A stretch of 64,000 nt of DNA from a virus (taxonomy: Duplodnaviria; Caudoviricetes). Where the stretch lies: positions 16,943 to 80,942 of IMG/VR virus record IMGVR_UViG_3300027732_001399, one strand, 5' to 3'. A model generated the notes under the pieces. That model was not told the origin of the DNA. It saw nothing but the letters and a program-made list of their open reading frames with translations, and made no database searches. Positions 18,669 to 30,567 of the stretch are shown here, piece after piece; the stretch's first letter is position 1; each line of letters starts with the position of its first letter. A program made the translations under genes and the position numbers.

Positions 18669-21600
18669 TTAGTTAAAGATGGTGCCTTCTCCGGCAAGTT
18701 CGCCGCCATAACCAATGTTAATTTCAGTGTCTTCCACTGACAATGTTTCGTCCATGGACAAATTGGTATTTTCTATTAACTGTTTATTAACTGTGGAACT
18801 TCGAATTTTATCTCTGTAACTTTTTACACTGGTATAAAAGTTTGAAAATATGTCAATGTCATCACGACGAAGTGTATTCATTTTATCTAAATTTCTGTTT
18901 ATTAAATTAATGGGTTCTATTGTACTGGACTTTTGCAGCCAATCTACATTAGTTTGTTCGCTTAACACATACCTAAACATGGCGCACATCATTTTAGAGT
19001 AGCTGACTTTGTATGTATCTACAAAAAGATTATTTCGCAGTGCTTCTGTTATTGCATAAAATATATTGCAGAAGTCAAAGTCCCAAGGAATGTTAATTGC
19101 ATTCCATTTAGAGCCATCCCATGTGCCTTTAGGATCAAACAATTCATCGCTGAGTTTAATTGCGCCGCGTTGATTTGTTTTATCAGCAGTTCTATAAACT
19201 ACTTTGAATCCTCCATCTACATCTTTTTCATATATAGATTTATCTTCCAATACTTTGATATATGAATTCACTGTTACATAAGATGTATAAATTTCAGCCA
19301 ATTTAGATACAGTCAAAGTTATTTCTTTTGTGGAATCATAGCCCTCGCTTTGATAATCTACTAATGTCCAATATTTTGTCAAGTCAATCGTTTCATCAAA
19401 CAATATGTATGCTGTTTGATTTAAAATGTCACCCCAATTCGGCAAGGAACTGATATCGACGTTTAATAATAACTGATTTGTTTTTTTAATAAATGTTCTT
19501 CTTGCTTCGTAGATATCTCTGAACCATCCCTGTGCATATGGTCTAATAGAATTTCCTAGTTGTGAATATCTATGTAATTTTATCACGTCAGGGATGTTTT
19601 TGGTAATATTAAACTCAAACGTATTGCTATCTATATACTCTGCACCGGTTATTAAATGCCACTTTGAGCTGTTAAATGTTCCCGTTGTTTGAGTATGACA
19701 AATATAAAAATTAGAATTATATTGCACAATGTCTCTGGGACGATGTGTAGTAGCTGTACTATAATCAACATAATTTGCTGTTGATTTATAGTGTATGCCG
19801 CTGGCAATACTGTCTCGGAAGCGTGTGTGTATCCATTGTGGAATAGTTTCTGTGTTATTTGCTTCTGATACAAACAACCATTGTTGATGTTTCTCTTCGC
19901 CTTTTAATTTTTTCTTAATTTGAACCACTGTGCTGGAATTATTTAAAAGATGTTCTATGCCCTTGAACATAATACTATTATTGCTAATAGGTGCATACCA
20001 GGCCAGGCCTGCGGCACTTGGATTTAATATTATTTTACTCAACTGTTTAGTAGAATAAATTCTCACAGCTTTACTTTCTGGGCTGATAGTATCTTTGTTC
20101 TTTACCCAGAAATAAAACACGTTATAAATATTACCGTTGACATAATCTTGTTCTTCAACCCAGTGATAATTATCTTTTCCGGAAGTAGAGTCAACATAAA
20201 CTTCACCCGAAGCACGTTGGCCAAATGCGGAGCCGCTGGCTTTTACTAAATTATTCCATTGCGTGGGATGCACTGGACTTTTTGTCCATTCATAGATATC
20301 TGGAAGTTTACTATCAACAGTAGTTCCCCAATATCTTGCTCTTGTTAGTGTGTCACCACTTTCGTAGTCACTGAACTGAGTCGTACTAGTATCCCACCAG
20401 CGATGTCCCACATATTCTTCATACCATCCAAGACTTGCATATGCACTCTTATATTCGTCGGTGGTGCGAGTATATTTTGCAGGATCCACACGATTTATAA
20501 CTTCTATGTCATCTTTAAATACCTTTGGTAGATACATTTTTCTAGGATCGAATAATTCTAACTTAGCCATGACTTTATTAGAATCATAGTCATAGATTAT
20601 CAAATGTTCTATGTCACTGAGGTCTAAAGGCAGTGAATCAGTTTTAACCACAGTTTTTCTAATGACATCAGTTTGAATTATTTCGTAGACTTTATAGTTT
20701 CCAAAGTCAAAGCTGACATCTCCTTTGTTATTGGCCGCACCATCGTCGATAATTGCAATAGGAAAATCGGCATTATATTTGCTGGGAGTAATTGGTAATG
20801 TAAAATTAGTAGTGCCTATTGCGTTGCTGAAAGGATCATATTTTCTCTTCCATGCATACCCATATGTTTCTGCATTTGCGCCTGTGGCAGCATTTAATTC
20901 AGCAAGATTTTTAAATCTAATTGGCTTAAATGCAAATACTTTACCCGTAGTGATAGCTTCTGTGACTCTGGTATTAATATAAAATCCAAAATTATTCTCA
21001 ATGGAATCCACACGCCATATACCATCGACTGTGGAATTTGCAGAGCTTGCGTTAATAATTAATACATAATCACCGGCTTCTACTCTATGAGCAAAATTAC
21101 AAGTAACTCTAGCTTTACTTACGTCTGTAAGGCCAGCGCATATTTCTGTTACTGCAATATTTCTGTCTATCGTTTGTAACACTTGCCAAGTACCGGGTGT
21201 GAACATACTGTTGCCTGTACCCAATAAATTAGGATTGGGCCTATTATAATTTGCAACAAATATGTTGGGCAAAAATGGTTCGTTTATCCGAGTAAATTTA
21301 TCGCTGTTATTAGTCCATGTATTTGGACTAACCGTAGTTATTGAATAGTACAAGAATCCGTTGTATCGAACCTGCGAATTTTTCTTATAAGATTTATTGG
21401 CTGAATATGATTCTATATCATGCAGGTCTGTGAAATTACTGTATAATGCAGGTAGGTCATCTAATATGGCAACACTAAAATTAGTATCTCCTTCGATGAT
21501 AGGACCGCTGGTTTTTAAATCAGTGTATGTTCTACCTAATGGTTTAAATGTTAAATTTTTTCTATAAGGTCTGTGAACCCATTTCTGCGAGTTATCAGTG

Positions 21601-24600
21601 ATATAGTGAATATAAGGACTTACTTTGTCATCATTATCGGACACAAAACTAATGACCTGTGGATTACGGGACAAATCATCAGATGCTAATTCAAATTCAT
21701 AAAATTCAATATTTTTAGTATTTCCGAACTCACCTATGCGTACCATGTATTCTTCCAAGGGCAAGGTTGAACTTCCGTCACTGTGAGTCAGTGGCTCCAG
21801 GCCAGCGAATACCTGCTTGGTGCCTTTTGTATAAGTAATTGCATTTTTAAACAGCGTCTCTGTTTCTTCTTGTAAAAACAATTGACGTAATTCTGGATTT
21901 CTAGTTAAGCCAAATTGGGCTCTGCTAGCAGCCAGTATTGTTTTATCATCGACGACATTTTCTATATCTAATAGATTTCTTCCAACTTCAGAGAATGTGT
22001 CATAGTTAGGAATAATAGAATCATCGCTGACAACATATCCAGGAACAAAATATTTCCCATCCCATGCTTGACTCTTTTTGCCGCCTATTACAAAACTACG
22101 CTTGGTTGTACACTGATCCGGCAGGAAGTATATGTCATTAAACACGCTGGTGGAATCTAAGTGTACAACGGATTCATAGGTAGCAAATGTTAATTTAATG
22201 CCATAAACTGGATTACTAGTATCCTTGGTTTTGACTGTGATATCATCACTGCGATCAACTAATAAGTCTTTACTGAACAATGGTTTATTTTTGCGGTCTA
22301 CACATTGTCCAACATTTTCGTTGGTGCCTTCTAAATTTTCTAATTGTCCTTGTGGCATTGTCAATACAATACCAGAAGCCGCGGGATTTAAATCAATGTA
22401 ATTACCAGGAGCAATGACCTCATTACTCCAATATATAAACTGACTTGCACTCAACTGCCAGTTGCGTAGATCGTAGGATTCAACTTCTTCAAACTTAAAT
22501 CCTTGACTTTCTAAATATTTTCCGTAGCCAATAATGATGTCATATATTTCTTGTCTGCTGACAAACTCTTGTCCGTAGGTCATCGATGCTAGTTCATTAC
22601 TGTATACATTTTTTTCTTTAACTACAACATTACCTATAGTTTTAGCAGTAAGGGCGCTGTTTGTTGCTGGAGTAAGATAATTAAAATATCCTTGTTCGTT
22701 GGCAAATCCGTGAATAGAATATGATGTTCCGTTCCAAATTATTCGCATTGCAGAATAGAATATTTCTCTATCTGAATAATGTTTAATCAATCTAACTGCG
22801 TAATTTTCTTCGGGTACAAATAATGTCTTGCGTTGACTTGCAATACTTGTACTTTCAATTCTAATATTATTTTTATTACTGAATCCGCTTAATAAGAATT
22901 CTTTGTTAACTATTAAATTGTTAAATTTATCTATGACAGTTGATTTAAAATCACGGTTATTAAGCGCACAGAATTCTGCATACAAACTTTCTATACCAGC
23001 AGTATATGTTATGACTCCGTCGACAACTTTTCTATGATAGTTGTGTTCGATGTTACATGTTTGCCAAAAATTACTGGTAGAATCTAATTTAATTCCCCAT
23101 TTGTTGGTTGTTACTTGTCCAGGTACCCAGTTTGTATTGACATATCTAGCGGGACTGGCTAAGAATTTTAATTTAACTTCTGCGGCCGAACCTCTTTGAG
23201 TATTAAGGAACACAGTTTCGAATGGGCCTTGCTGTCCTACTACCCAACCATTATCTATCAGTGACACTGCATCTAACCATGATAATTCTGACGGGGCAAG
23301 CAGTGAACCATCAAGAGCCACAGGAAAATCCTCCGGATCGTTGACATTGTTTACTCTAGCAAAGAACGGATTAGTCTTGGGCTGTGCTGGTGTTCCAGTG
23401 TTTCCTGTGCGTAAAGCCTTTTCCAATGCTGTTCTCTTAACTGTGTCAGTCCAAGAGTAATGAGTATCCCACCACGTTGGCTTTAAAGTATACCCCAGCA
23501 TTTCCCAAGGATGTGTATGAGGACGATCAGTGTCGTACAAATATTTATAAACTGCTCTCCAGGAACCAGTCATTGTTGTAGCATCGTCTCCGCTGCCTAG
23601 TTGATAGATGTAGGTAAAAGGATCAGATTCTTCGTAGGCGTCATTGGACATTGTGAAAATATTATTTTCTGCCATCCACGATAAGACTTCGCTGTTAACT
23701 ACAGTTCTTATTTCTGACCATGTGTATCTGCCTGATCTAAAATAACCTGGTTGATCTTCCAGCAAAGAAGCATTGCTGTTATTTTCTATGTCATATGCAA
23801 TACTTGACCACACAGCTTTTTCATATTCAAATAATAACTTTTCAATGGTGTTGTTTGGATAATTGTTTTCGTCTACACCATCTTCTAAATATAAACGTGT
23901 GCCATCGTGTCTGCATAAGAAATATTTTGTATCGGCATAGCTTGTGTCTGCATAAACTTCAGGCTGATAAACTGAGCTCAAGCCGATTTTTGCCAAACTG
24001 GCAGGAATCTTAGAATTAAATTCATCAGTCCATTGTCTAATAGTTACTTCTGTATTGGCAAATTTATTATCCAATACAATACTAGTATAATAGTCTTCTG
24101 ACGACAACAGTGTATAATCTACACCACGTGTCAATAGTTTATTATCAGCAATAATATGTAGTATAGTTTCTTTGCCAGCGGCATGATCGATTAAACTTAA
24201 TCCATTGTTGAGTGGTATTGTAAAAACGTTAGTGATTGTTATTTTTTTCTCAACATAATTAATAGAATTACCCCAGCCCAGCATGTTACTATGGTACCAG
24301 AAATTTTCATTATTAGTTTGATTTAAAAAGATGTTACTGACCGCTAAATTTAGAATATTTAAACTAGACATAACAGATATGTCATTTTTGTTTATAACTT
24401 GTTGTAGTTCAAATGTTAACTTATTTAAAAATGAGTCGTAGTGCTTGCCTTGTTTAATAATGATTTCACTGAAGTCATAGGGCAAGTTGGTTGCAACAAT
24501 TGCCGCTTTTGCCAACGGGCTATTATGTTTTAATAATGTGCCTCCGCCTATGCTAGAGACAATCAACGAAGGATCAGTTTGCAATGCTTCTTTTGCATTT

Positions 24601-27098
24601 GAAGCATTTGACTTTAAATTAATTGTATGTTGATACAGCGAATAATAATTAATAACATCGAGTTTAGCGTTCAACGGATTCGTAGTTAAACTTAGCGGAG
24701 CTGTTTTACTCACTGGATTGGATATCAAAGTATCCAAACAAATCTTATCTCCATATTTTGATTTTTGGTTTAATATAGGTGTAGAGATCAATTGCTGATA
24801 ATAACTCAACGAACCGTCTTCTTGAGTTATATCGCTGATGGTATAATCATAGTTTTCGTAAATCGGATTAGTTTTGTCTCGCAGGTAAGCAAATTGTAAA
24901 AATCTCCATTTATTTACAGGACGAATAATTGCTGATTTAGTTATGCTGTTGGCTGTCCAGAATAATCTAGTATTGTCTATGTTTAATATATTATCGATAT
25001 AATTAGAATCTTCTAAAATACTAGCGGACAGATCTAATTCAATGACGCCATTGCTGGTTCCGTTATTAAAGCAATATGGTTCTTCTAATAATACAGATCT
25101 AGAAATATTATCTATTATTTCTGTTCGATAAAAAGTTATTGAGTAAGGTAAATCATGACAAACTATTTTAAAATTGCTGCCAGATATTAAAGGTATAACT
25201 TGTTCAAGATTGTTGAATCCTCTTTTACTAGAAAATCTAATTAAACCGTGGCCTTGTACATTAAAATAGAATTTTAACTTTTCTGTTTCGTCATAAAATA
25301 TATGAATGGAATCAAATCCGTCGGCAGTGGGAATTATCTCCTTGCTCCACTGAGTTTCTGTATTATCATCATAGAACAGATCTTGAGTTTGCCTTGTAAT
25401 ATCCAAACCTCGTCGAGGCTGATAAAATGATATCGCAGAAGCCGACAAAAATTTGTAACCATACGGCCCTTTAATTTGTATTTCTTCTCCTGTAGTTTCA
25501 TCATTATAGGAAAACATTTTATCTATATCAGTTGTAAACTTTATTTGATTGGGACTAATGTTCAGTGAATTATTTTCATTAATTATATCAAAATCGATGC
25601 TACTAACTTGGATGCTTCTGGCCAATGTGTAATCATAGACCGGGCCCGAAGCAAAGTCGAGGATAACTCCTCCATGATAATCAATTTCATTAAATGTTTC
25701 TAAGTGAACGTCATCACTAGTATAAAATTCAAATCTAGGACATTGATTCTTTGTTGTTTTATTCTGTGCAAACTGCCATCTGTTATTTTTATAAATTAAT
25801 CTATAGTAATTAATATTAGAATTGACTACAACTAACGCACCATCACCTGTTACGGTCGTGGTTGTTTGTACAAAACTTGCATTTGTGCTGGGATTAGAAA
25901 CTGTATAAATTCCAGGACTGTTTTCAAACACTAGTCTATCGCTGTTGACCAATGTGTAACCATACAAATCTTTAATACCGGCTTTTCCTATATAATCTGA
26001 AACTTCACCAGTAAGAATTGTCGACACGGTTGTTCTTAAGTTATTGGGCCAATTATAAAGTTTTGTGTATCTATTAAAAGTAATAATTGGGCGTTTTGCT
26101 TTATTATCTTCAGTTACAATGTCACTAACAGAAACATCTAAAAAATCTGCTACAGTTTTAATTAAATTAATATGATACCAATGATCTATTACACCCCAGT
26201 GATTTTCATTGGCGATATATTTGTCCATGGTTATATATTCTGGTTCTGAGGTAACAATTTGACTTCCATCCCATAGCTCGCTGTCCCATTTAATAGCAGG
26301 CGCATCGACTAATGGGTCTGACTTGTCCCATGGACGTTTCTTAAGATAACTGTTGGGGATTCTTTTATCTATATTTGTTGTTCTTAATAAAGAAATACTT
26401 TCTCCAGCGCCCAGAACAAAATAAGTTTTTGGGTCGTCTATATCATTTGTTTTATAATCCGAATCAACAAAGCCAGTAAAGTAAACAACCATGCCGTTTT
26501 GTAATGCCAATGATTTACTCAGTATAACTTTTTCACCATCTAAATAACTATCAGAAATTATAGTAACAGTTGGTTTTCCTAGTATATCGTCTACTACAGA
26601 AAATTTGTTTCCACCACCGCCTGCTTGTACAAAATGCAGTCTCATCGCTGGTAAATCATTGGCAACCCAATAGTATAAGTGATAGTCAGATAGTCTTCTT
26701 GAAATGATTGGCAAGTCTACAATATTGATGTCCTTGTCTAATTGAATGCCGTCTTTTAATTCCAAGCCTTTTACTCGGAAATAATTTTCAATGTCCAAGT
26801 AACTTGCTTTACCTAAATAAGAATCTTCGTTGTCCTTCATAACAAGCATGTTATTAGCTTGACTTTCTCGGCGAACTTCATTGTTTTCTACGGTAAAGAA
26901 TTCAGTGACACCGTTGGTAGCAGACCTCAACCCCAGTGTTTCTTTAAAGTTAGATAACTGACCTTTGCTGGTCATTAAATCTAAACTAGAGTCTAACATT
27001 TTCTTGTTAGGCTCAGTGACAAATATCTGCGGTAAAAGGTTTACATTTTTAACCTTTTTAGCGGCTATTTCTGCTGGCTTTTTTGTTTGCTTGCTCAT
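18669..27098 (-). CDS. Very large virion structural protein (putative baseplate wedge, gp7-like position)
   Basis: 2809-aa uninterrupted ORF immediately downstream of the gp6-like gene with ATGA overlap; rich in beta-strand-type and aromatic residues. Confidence 0.7.
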   Translation of the reverse strand: MSKQTKKPAEIAAKKVKNVNLLPQIFVTEPNKKMLDSSLDLMTSKGQLSNFKETLGLRSATNGVTEFFTVENNEVRRESQANNMLVMKDNEDSYLGKASYLDIENYFRVKGLELKDGIQLDKDINIVDLPIISRRLSDYHLYYWVANDLPAMRLHFVQAGGGGNKFSVVDDILGKPTVTIISDSYLDGEKVILSKSLALQNGMVVYFTGFVDSDYKTNDIDDPKTYFVLGAGESISLLRTTNIDKRIPNSYLKKRPWDKSDPLVDAPAIKWDSELWDGSQIVTSEPEYITMDKYIANENHWGVIDHWYHINLIKTVADFLDVSVSDIVTEDNKAKRPIITFNRYTKLYNWPNNLRTTVSTILTGEVSDYIGKAGIKDLYGYTLVNSDRLVFENSPGIYTVSNPSTNASFVQTTTTVTGDGALVVVNSNINYYRLIYKNNRWQFAQNKTTKNQCPRFEFYTSDDVHLETFNEIDYHGGVILDFASGPVYDYTLARSIQVSSIDFDIINENNSLNISPNQIKFTTDIDKMFSYNDETTGEEIQIKGPYGYKFLSASAISFYQPRRGLDITRQTQDLFYDDNTETQWSKEIIPTADGFDSIHIFYDETEKLKFYFNVQGHGLIRFSSKRGFNNLEQVIPLISGSNFKIVCHDLPYSITFYRTEIIDNISRSVLLEEPYCFNNGTSNGVIELDLSASILEDSNYIDNILNIDNTRLFWTANSITKSAIIRPVNKWRFLQFAYLRDKTNPIYENYDYTISDITQEDGSLSYYQQLISTPILNQKSKYGDKICLDTLISNPVSKTAPLSLTTNPLNAKLDVINYYSLYQHTINLKSNASNAKEALQTDPSLIVSSIGGGTLLKHNSPLAKAAIVATNLPYDFSEIIIKQGKHYDSFLNKLTFELQQVINKNDISVMSSLNILNLAVSNIFLNQTNNENFWYHSNMLGWGNSINYVEKKITITNVFTIPLNNGLSLIDHAAGKETILHIIADNKLLTRGVDYTLLSSEDYYTSIVLDNKFANTEVTIRQWTDEFNSKIPASLAKIGLSSVYQPEVYADTSYADTKYFLCRHDGTRLYLEDGVDENNYPNNTIEKLLFEYEKAVWSSIAYDIENNSNASLLEDQPGYFRSGRYTWSEIRTVVNSEVLSWMAENNIFTMSNDAYEESDPFTYIYQLGSGDDATTMTGSWRAVYKYLYDTDRPHTHPWEMLGYTLKPTWWDTHYSWTDTVKRTALEKALRTGNTGTPAQPKTNPFFARVNNVNDPEDFPVALDGSLLAPSELSWLDAVSLIDNGWVVGQQGPFETVFLNTQRGSAAEVKLKFLASPARYVNTNWVPGQVTTNKWGIKLDSTSNFWQTCNIEHNYHRKVVDGVITYTAGIESLYAEFCALNNRDFKSTVIDKFNNLIVNKEFLLSGFSNKNNIRIESTSIASQRKTLFVPEENYAVRLIKHYSDREIFYSAMRIIWNGTSYSIHGFANEQGYFNYLTPATNSALTAKTIGNVVVKEKNVYSNELASMTYGQEFVSRQEIYDIIIGYGKYLESQGFKFEEVESYDLRNWQLSASQFIYWSNEVIAPGNYIDLNPAASGIVLTMPQGQLENLEGTNENVGQCVDRKNKPLFSKDLLVDRSDDITVKTKDTSNPVYGIKLTFATYESVVHLDSTSVFNDIYFLPDQCTTKRSFVIGGKKSQAWDGKYFVPGYVVSDDSIIPNYDTFSEVGRNLLDIENVVDDKTILAASRAQFGLTRNPELRQLFLQEETETLFKNAITYTKGTKQVFAGLEPLTHSDGSSTLPLEEYMVRIGEFGNTKNIEFYEFELASDDLSRNPQVISFVSDNDDKVSPYIHYITDNSQKWVHRPYRKNLTFKPLGRTYTDLKTSGPIIEGDTNFSVAILDDLPALYSNFTDLHDIESYSANKSYKKNSQVRYNGFLYYSITTVSPNTWTNNSDKFTRINEPFLPNIFVANYNRPNPNLLGTGNSMFTPGTWQVLQTIDRNIAVTEICAGLTDVSKARVTCNFAHRVEAGDYVLIINASSANSTVDGIWRVDSIENNFGFYINTRVTEAITTGKVFAFKPIRFKNLAELNAATGANAETYGYAWKRKYDPFSNAIGTTNFTLPITPSKYNADFPIAIIDDGAANNKGDVSFDFGNYKVYEIIQTDVIRKTVVKTDSLPLDLSDIEHLIIYDYDSNKVMAKLELFDPRKMYLPKVFKDDIEVINRVDPAKYTRTTDEYKSAYASLGWYEEYVGHRWWDTSTTQFSDYESGDTLTRARYWGTTVDSKLPDIYEWTKSPVHPTQWNNLVKASGSAFGQRASGEVYVDSTSGKDNYHWVEEQDYVNGNIYNVFYFWVKNKDTISPESKAVRIYSTKQLSKIILNPSAAGLAWYAPISNNSIMFKGIEHLLNNSSTVVQIKKKLKGEEKHQQWLFVSEANNTETIPQWIHTRFRDSIASGIHYKSTANYVDYSTATTHRPRDIVQYNSNFYICHTQTTGTFNSSKWHLITGAEYIDSNTFEFNITKNIPDVIKLHRYSQLGNSIRPYAQGWFRDIYEARRTFIKKTNQLLLNVDISSLPNWGDILNQTAYILFDETIDLTKYWTLVDYQSEGYDSTKEITLTVSKLAEIYTSYVTVNSYIKVLEDKSIYEKDVDGGFKVVYRTADKTNQRGAIKLSDELFDPKGTWDGSKWNAINIPWDFDFCNIFYAITEALRNNLFVDTYKVSYSKMMCAMFRYVLSEQTNVDWLQKSSTIEPINLINRNLDKMNTLRRDDIDIFSNFYTSVKSYRDKIRSSTVNKQLIENTNLSMDETLSVEDTEINIGYGGELAGEGTIFN

Positions 27099-30000
27099 CG
27101 ACTGATCCTAATGTTGCTGTCTGTAATTTCACTAATAACAACAATGTCGCTGACTCCTGCGACACTTGTTACGACTTCATTGCTGTCTGGTTGTATTTGA
27201 AATAACGTACCAAATCTACTTTCTGCACTTATTGGAACTATGACAACACTGTTGAGTTCTGTTTTTAGTGCAGTATGTATGTATGCGGCTAATTCCGTGA
27301 AGTAAAAGATTTCTCCAAAGCCAAAGTTACCTGGAGTAAAGAAAGTATCGATTGCATCAATGACTTTACTTTTAATTTCACTGTCTGTTAGTTTTGTCTT
27401 AAGACTCTTGACCACTTTGAACTGCGCTTGGAATTCCGGGTCGGCAAGTGTTCCGAATAATGGTTTAAACTTAACTGGATGAAAAATTATTTCATCTGTG
27501 ATCATTTTATATTCAACTAGATTTGCAAAGTTGTCTCGTAGTTCTTCAGTGGTAGGAGGCAACGGTGCAACAATATTTGAATCATTTTTCTTTTTCCATG
27601 ATACATAATCATCATTATATGTTTTAGTTAAAACATACGCATCTATGATATTAGTTAAACTAGGATTCAACGTTTGATCAATATTGGTGTTGTGTTCCCA
27701 TTTAAATGCCAAGTTCATTTTACCATTGACTGTATCTAAAATTTGTTCTGGGGTTGATAATTCTGCAGGAATCTCATACGAGAAGTCACCTTCTTCATAG
27801 TTAATTAACACAATTTCGCTGGCGCCTATGATAACATTAAAATGGTCTGGATCATCTGGCAAAAAGTCATTGTCTAAATCCAATGGAGTTACTTTGACTT
27901 TACTATTATCAGTATATCCGTCATCGTAGACATAATATCCGCTGATGCGATATTTCTTGAGTACTGATAATTTAGAACCAGAGTCCAATGTAACTAAACT
28001 GATGTAATCATTGCTAACTGATTTAAAGTTAGGATTAAACGTGGCTGCAAAATTGATGTTATAAAAACGAATCAATCCTTCACTGCCAAATACATAGTCT
28101 AACTGACGACTAGTAATAGTCCAGCCATTGCTTTCTCGCGTTACATTTAATATCCAGCCTGTGCTGTTGCTGTTTGAATTATAATTAGCAGTTGTATTCA
28201 CTGGTGTAGTTATTATAGTCCACTTGGGAGTTAAGTTGTCAAATTTTAATGCAAACGAAACTTTTTCTTCTAATTTTTCAATAATCAATTCTCGTGTGAC
28301 AGTATCAAATACTCTGGCAAATGGCGGTAATATTTCAACAAGCCGTTCAGTGTCTGTGACAGATGCGTTAATTTCCACTGGACCATGGCCATTAGATAAT
28401 AAACCTGTATAAACATAGTCAATGTTTTCTATACCAAGTCCATCGCCTCGAATATCAGACACAGTGACCCAGCGAGTATCGCCTGTATCGTTCTTTAATT
28501 TAATTAATGATCCAGGACGCATTGTTCGTAACTCGCCGCCTGTAGTGAATCCCAGTTTCATAGGAACTTTGGACGCCAAAGATTCTGATATAAAGCCGTT
28601 ACTCGAAGTTAAATCGTTGTATGAATATCTCCAACGATAGTCACTGACTTTAAATGCCTGCGATCCACTGGCATGTGACGCTTTGCTTGTTCCCTGCTGT
28701 GCTCGACGCACTCCTGTGAATGTATTATTAACAATGTTAGTATATGTAAACAATTCATTATCTATTTGTAACATGCCGCCGTTGATGTCAAAATTATCAA
28801 ATGCGTTCAGTGTATTAATACTTTCTACTGGAATAGTTATAATAGTAGATGTTGCATCTATAGCATCGACTGTGGTTGCATAATATATTGTTTTTTCTAA
28901 TCTTACACTGGGAAAATATTGTGTACTAGCAGTGCCAGTGACGTTTGATAGATTTAACTTGCCGTAATAAAAGTTTAGTAATCCAATGTCTGCCAACTGT
29001 TTTTCAATGTATTCGTCTAATAAATCAACTGAACGACGACTTGCATCATCGGCAATATATGTGTTCTTAGTCAGTTCGTCTTTGTACATGTAACCATCAT
29101 CGCCGAATTCGATTAATGGACGGCTCTTGCCTGTGGGGTCGCTCAAATCCACATAACGACTGTGTCCACTGAACGTGCGATTTTCAGCTTTCATAATCAG
29201 CACATCGCTGTTTAATGTGGGTAAGAATCCATTGTAGTCATCGCCAGTGACCATTCTATTTTTACTGTAAAACGCTTCAGGTGCATTACGTTTGATTTCA
29301 TCAACTGTTTCACTGGGTAGACCAGTGATCATGTTGTCTTGTAGTTCCAAGGTTATTGTCAACGTCTGCGCTTGATTATTGGCATTGGCATAACCAATGT
29401 TGAAAGTAATATTATTTACGTCGCCTGCTTTAACTCTTACGAAATCATTTTCAGCAATTCGATACCAAACTTTTATCTGTCCTGTTGGGACATTAGTAAA
29501 TGAACCATCGCCAAATTTAATACTTGTTATGTCGGCATCGCTGTAAATTACTTCGTACAAATCTCGTTCGCTGCCGTTGTATTCATTGAGCACAATATTA
29601 GAGAAGTTTAAGTCGCCAACTTTTTTCCATGATTTTAATATTGTACCTGTGTCGTCTATCGATTGCACATAAAAATCTTCTTCACTGATATTTCCTGTGT
29701 TGGGAATGTCGATGACTAAATTAGCACTAGGACTATAAATTTGTTCTACAATACTAACCAATGTTCCCTGTTTGACCAAACAGAAAAAACCAGTTTTTGT
29801 ACTGCCCACACCCTTGCCGTCATTTCTATACATGACACTGAATGCACTGTCTAAATTCGGTTCGGACTGAGTTAGTATACCGTCTGTGCTGATATCAATC
29901 GGTAATATATCGAAAGTTAAATTTAAACCATCTACGTTTCCACCAATAGAGTAGTTTGTTAATAACTCTGTACCTAAATTATTAAAATTATAAACTTCAA

Positions 30001-30556
30001 ATAAATTCCCTGTGTCAGTATTAGTACTTCTTTTTGTGGGTGTACCAAACTGATTGTTGGAATTAAATGCCGCGTTCATTACTTTAATGAAACGCTCGTA
30101 TTCTAATTCACTGGGATCTGCTCCCCACATAATTGTCTTATTAGATAAATTTACACCGCTACTGTCTAATATAGACTCTGACGTGTTAATTGCAACAACT
30201 TTCATAAAGCCCTGTGCTGGACGAACACGCTTGGGTTTATATGAAAGCATACGTGCAATACGCAGTACACTTTCACGTTTTTCTGCTGTGTCTAAAATAT
30301 TTTCTCTTGCATTTAAATCCATGCGGAATGCTAGATTTTGACCTACATAAGCAACCAAGTCCACTAATGCAATAAATTCGCTGTTTTGTGTATAATCGTT
30401 GAACTCTTCAGGGTAGTTGAATTGCACATAATTAATCATCGACTGACGTAGTGTGTCAAAATCGTAGCTACGGAATTCTGCATTTTTAAAACTAGAATAT
30501 ACTACTGTCCAGTCTTCTGCTCCGTATAAGTTTTCTTGTCTAATTGCCTTTGGCAT
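27095..30556 (-). CDS. gp6: Baseplate wedge subunit (T4 gp6-like)
   Basis: SYDFDTLRQSMINY, ARENILDTAEKRESVLRIARMLSYKPKR and ETVDEIKRNAP..NRMVTGDDY signatures. Confidence 0.85.
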   Translation of the reverse strand: MPKAIRQENLYGAEDWTVVYSSFKNAEFRSYDFDTLRQSMINYVQFNYPEEFNDYTQNSEFIALVDLVAYVGQNLAFRMDLNARENILDTAEKRESVLRIARMLSYKPKRVRPAQGFMKVVAINTSESILDSSGVNLSNKTIMWGADPSELEYERFIKVMNAAFNSNNQFGTPTKRSTNTDTGNLFEVYNFNNLGTELLTNYSIGGNVDGLNLTFDILPIDISTDGILTQSEPNLDSAFSVMYRNDGKGVGSTKTGFFCLVKQGTLVSIVEQIYSPSANLVIDIPNTGNISEEDFYVQSIDDTGTILKSWKKVGDLNFSNIVLNEYNGSERDLYEVIYSDADITSIKFGDGSFTNVPTGQIKVWYRIAENDFVRVKAGDVNNITFNIGYANANNQAQTLTITLELQDNMITGLPSETVDEIKRNAPEAFYSKNRMVTGDDYNGFLPTLNSDVLIMKAENRTFSGHSRYVDLSDPTGKSRPLIEFGDDGYMYKDELTKNTYIADDASRRSVDLLDEYIEKQLADIGLLNFYYGKLNLSNVTGTASTQYFPSVRLEKTIYYATTVDAIDATSTIITIPVESINTLNAFDNFDINGGMLQIDNELFTYTNIVNNTFTGVRRAQQGTSKASHASGSQAFKVSDYRWRYSYNDLTSSNGFISESLASKVPMKLGFTTGGELRTMRPGSLIKLKNDTGDTRWVTVSDIRGDGLGIENIDYVYTGLLSNGHGPVEINASVTDTERLVEILPPFARVFDTVTRELIIEKLEEKVSFALKFDNLTPKWTIITTPVNTTANYNSNSNSTGWILNVTRESNGWTITSRQLDYVFGSEGLIRFYNINFAATFNPNFKSVSNDYISLVTLDSGSKLSVLKKYRISGYYVYDDGYTDNSKVKVTPLDLDNDFLPDDPDHFNVIIGASEIVLINYEEGDFSYEIPAELSTPEQILDTVNGKMNLAFKWEHNTNIDQTLNPSLTNIIDAYVLTKTYNDDYVSWKKKNDSNIVAPLPPTTEELRDNFANLVEYKMITDEIIFHPVKFKPLFGTLADPEFQAQFKVVKSLKTKLTDSEIKSKVIDAIDTFFTPGNFGFGEIFYFTELAAYIHTALKTELNSVVIVPISAESRFGTLFQIQPDSNEVVTSVAGVSDIVVISEITDSNIRISR

Positions 30557-30567
30557 AGTTTATCCTT

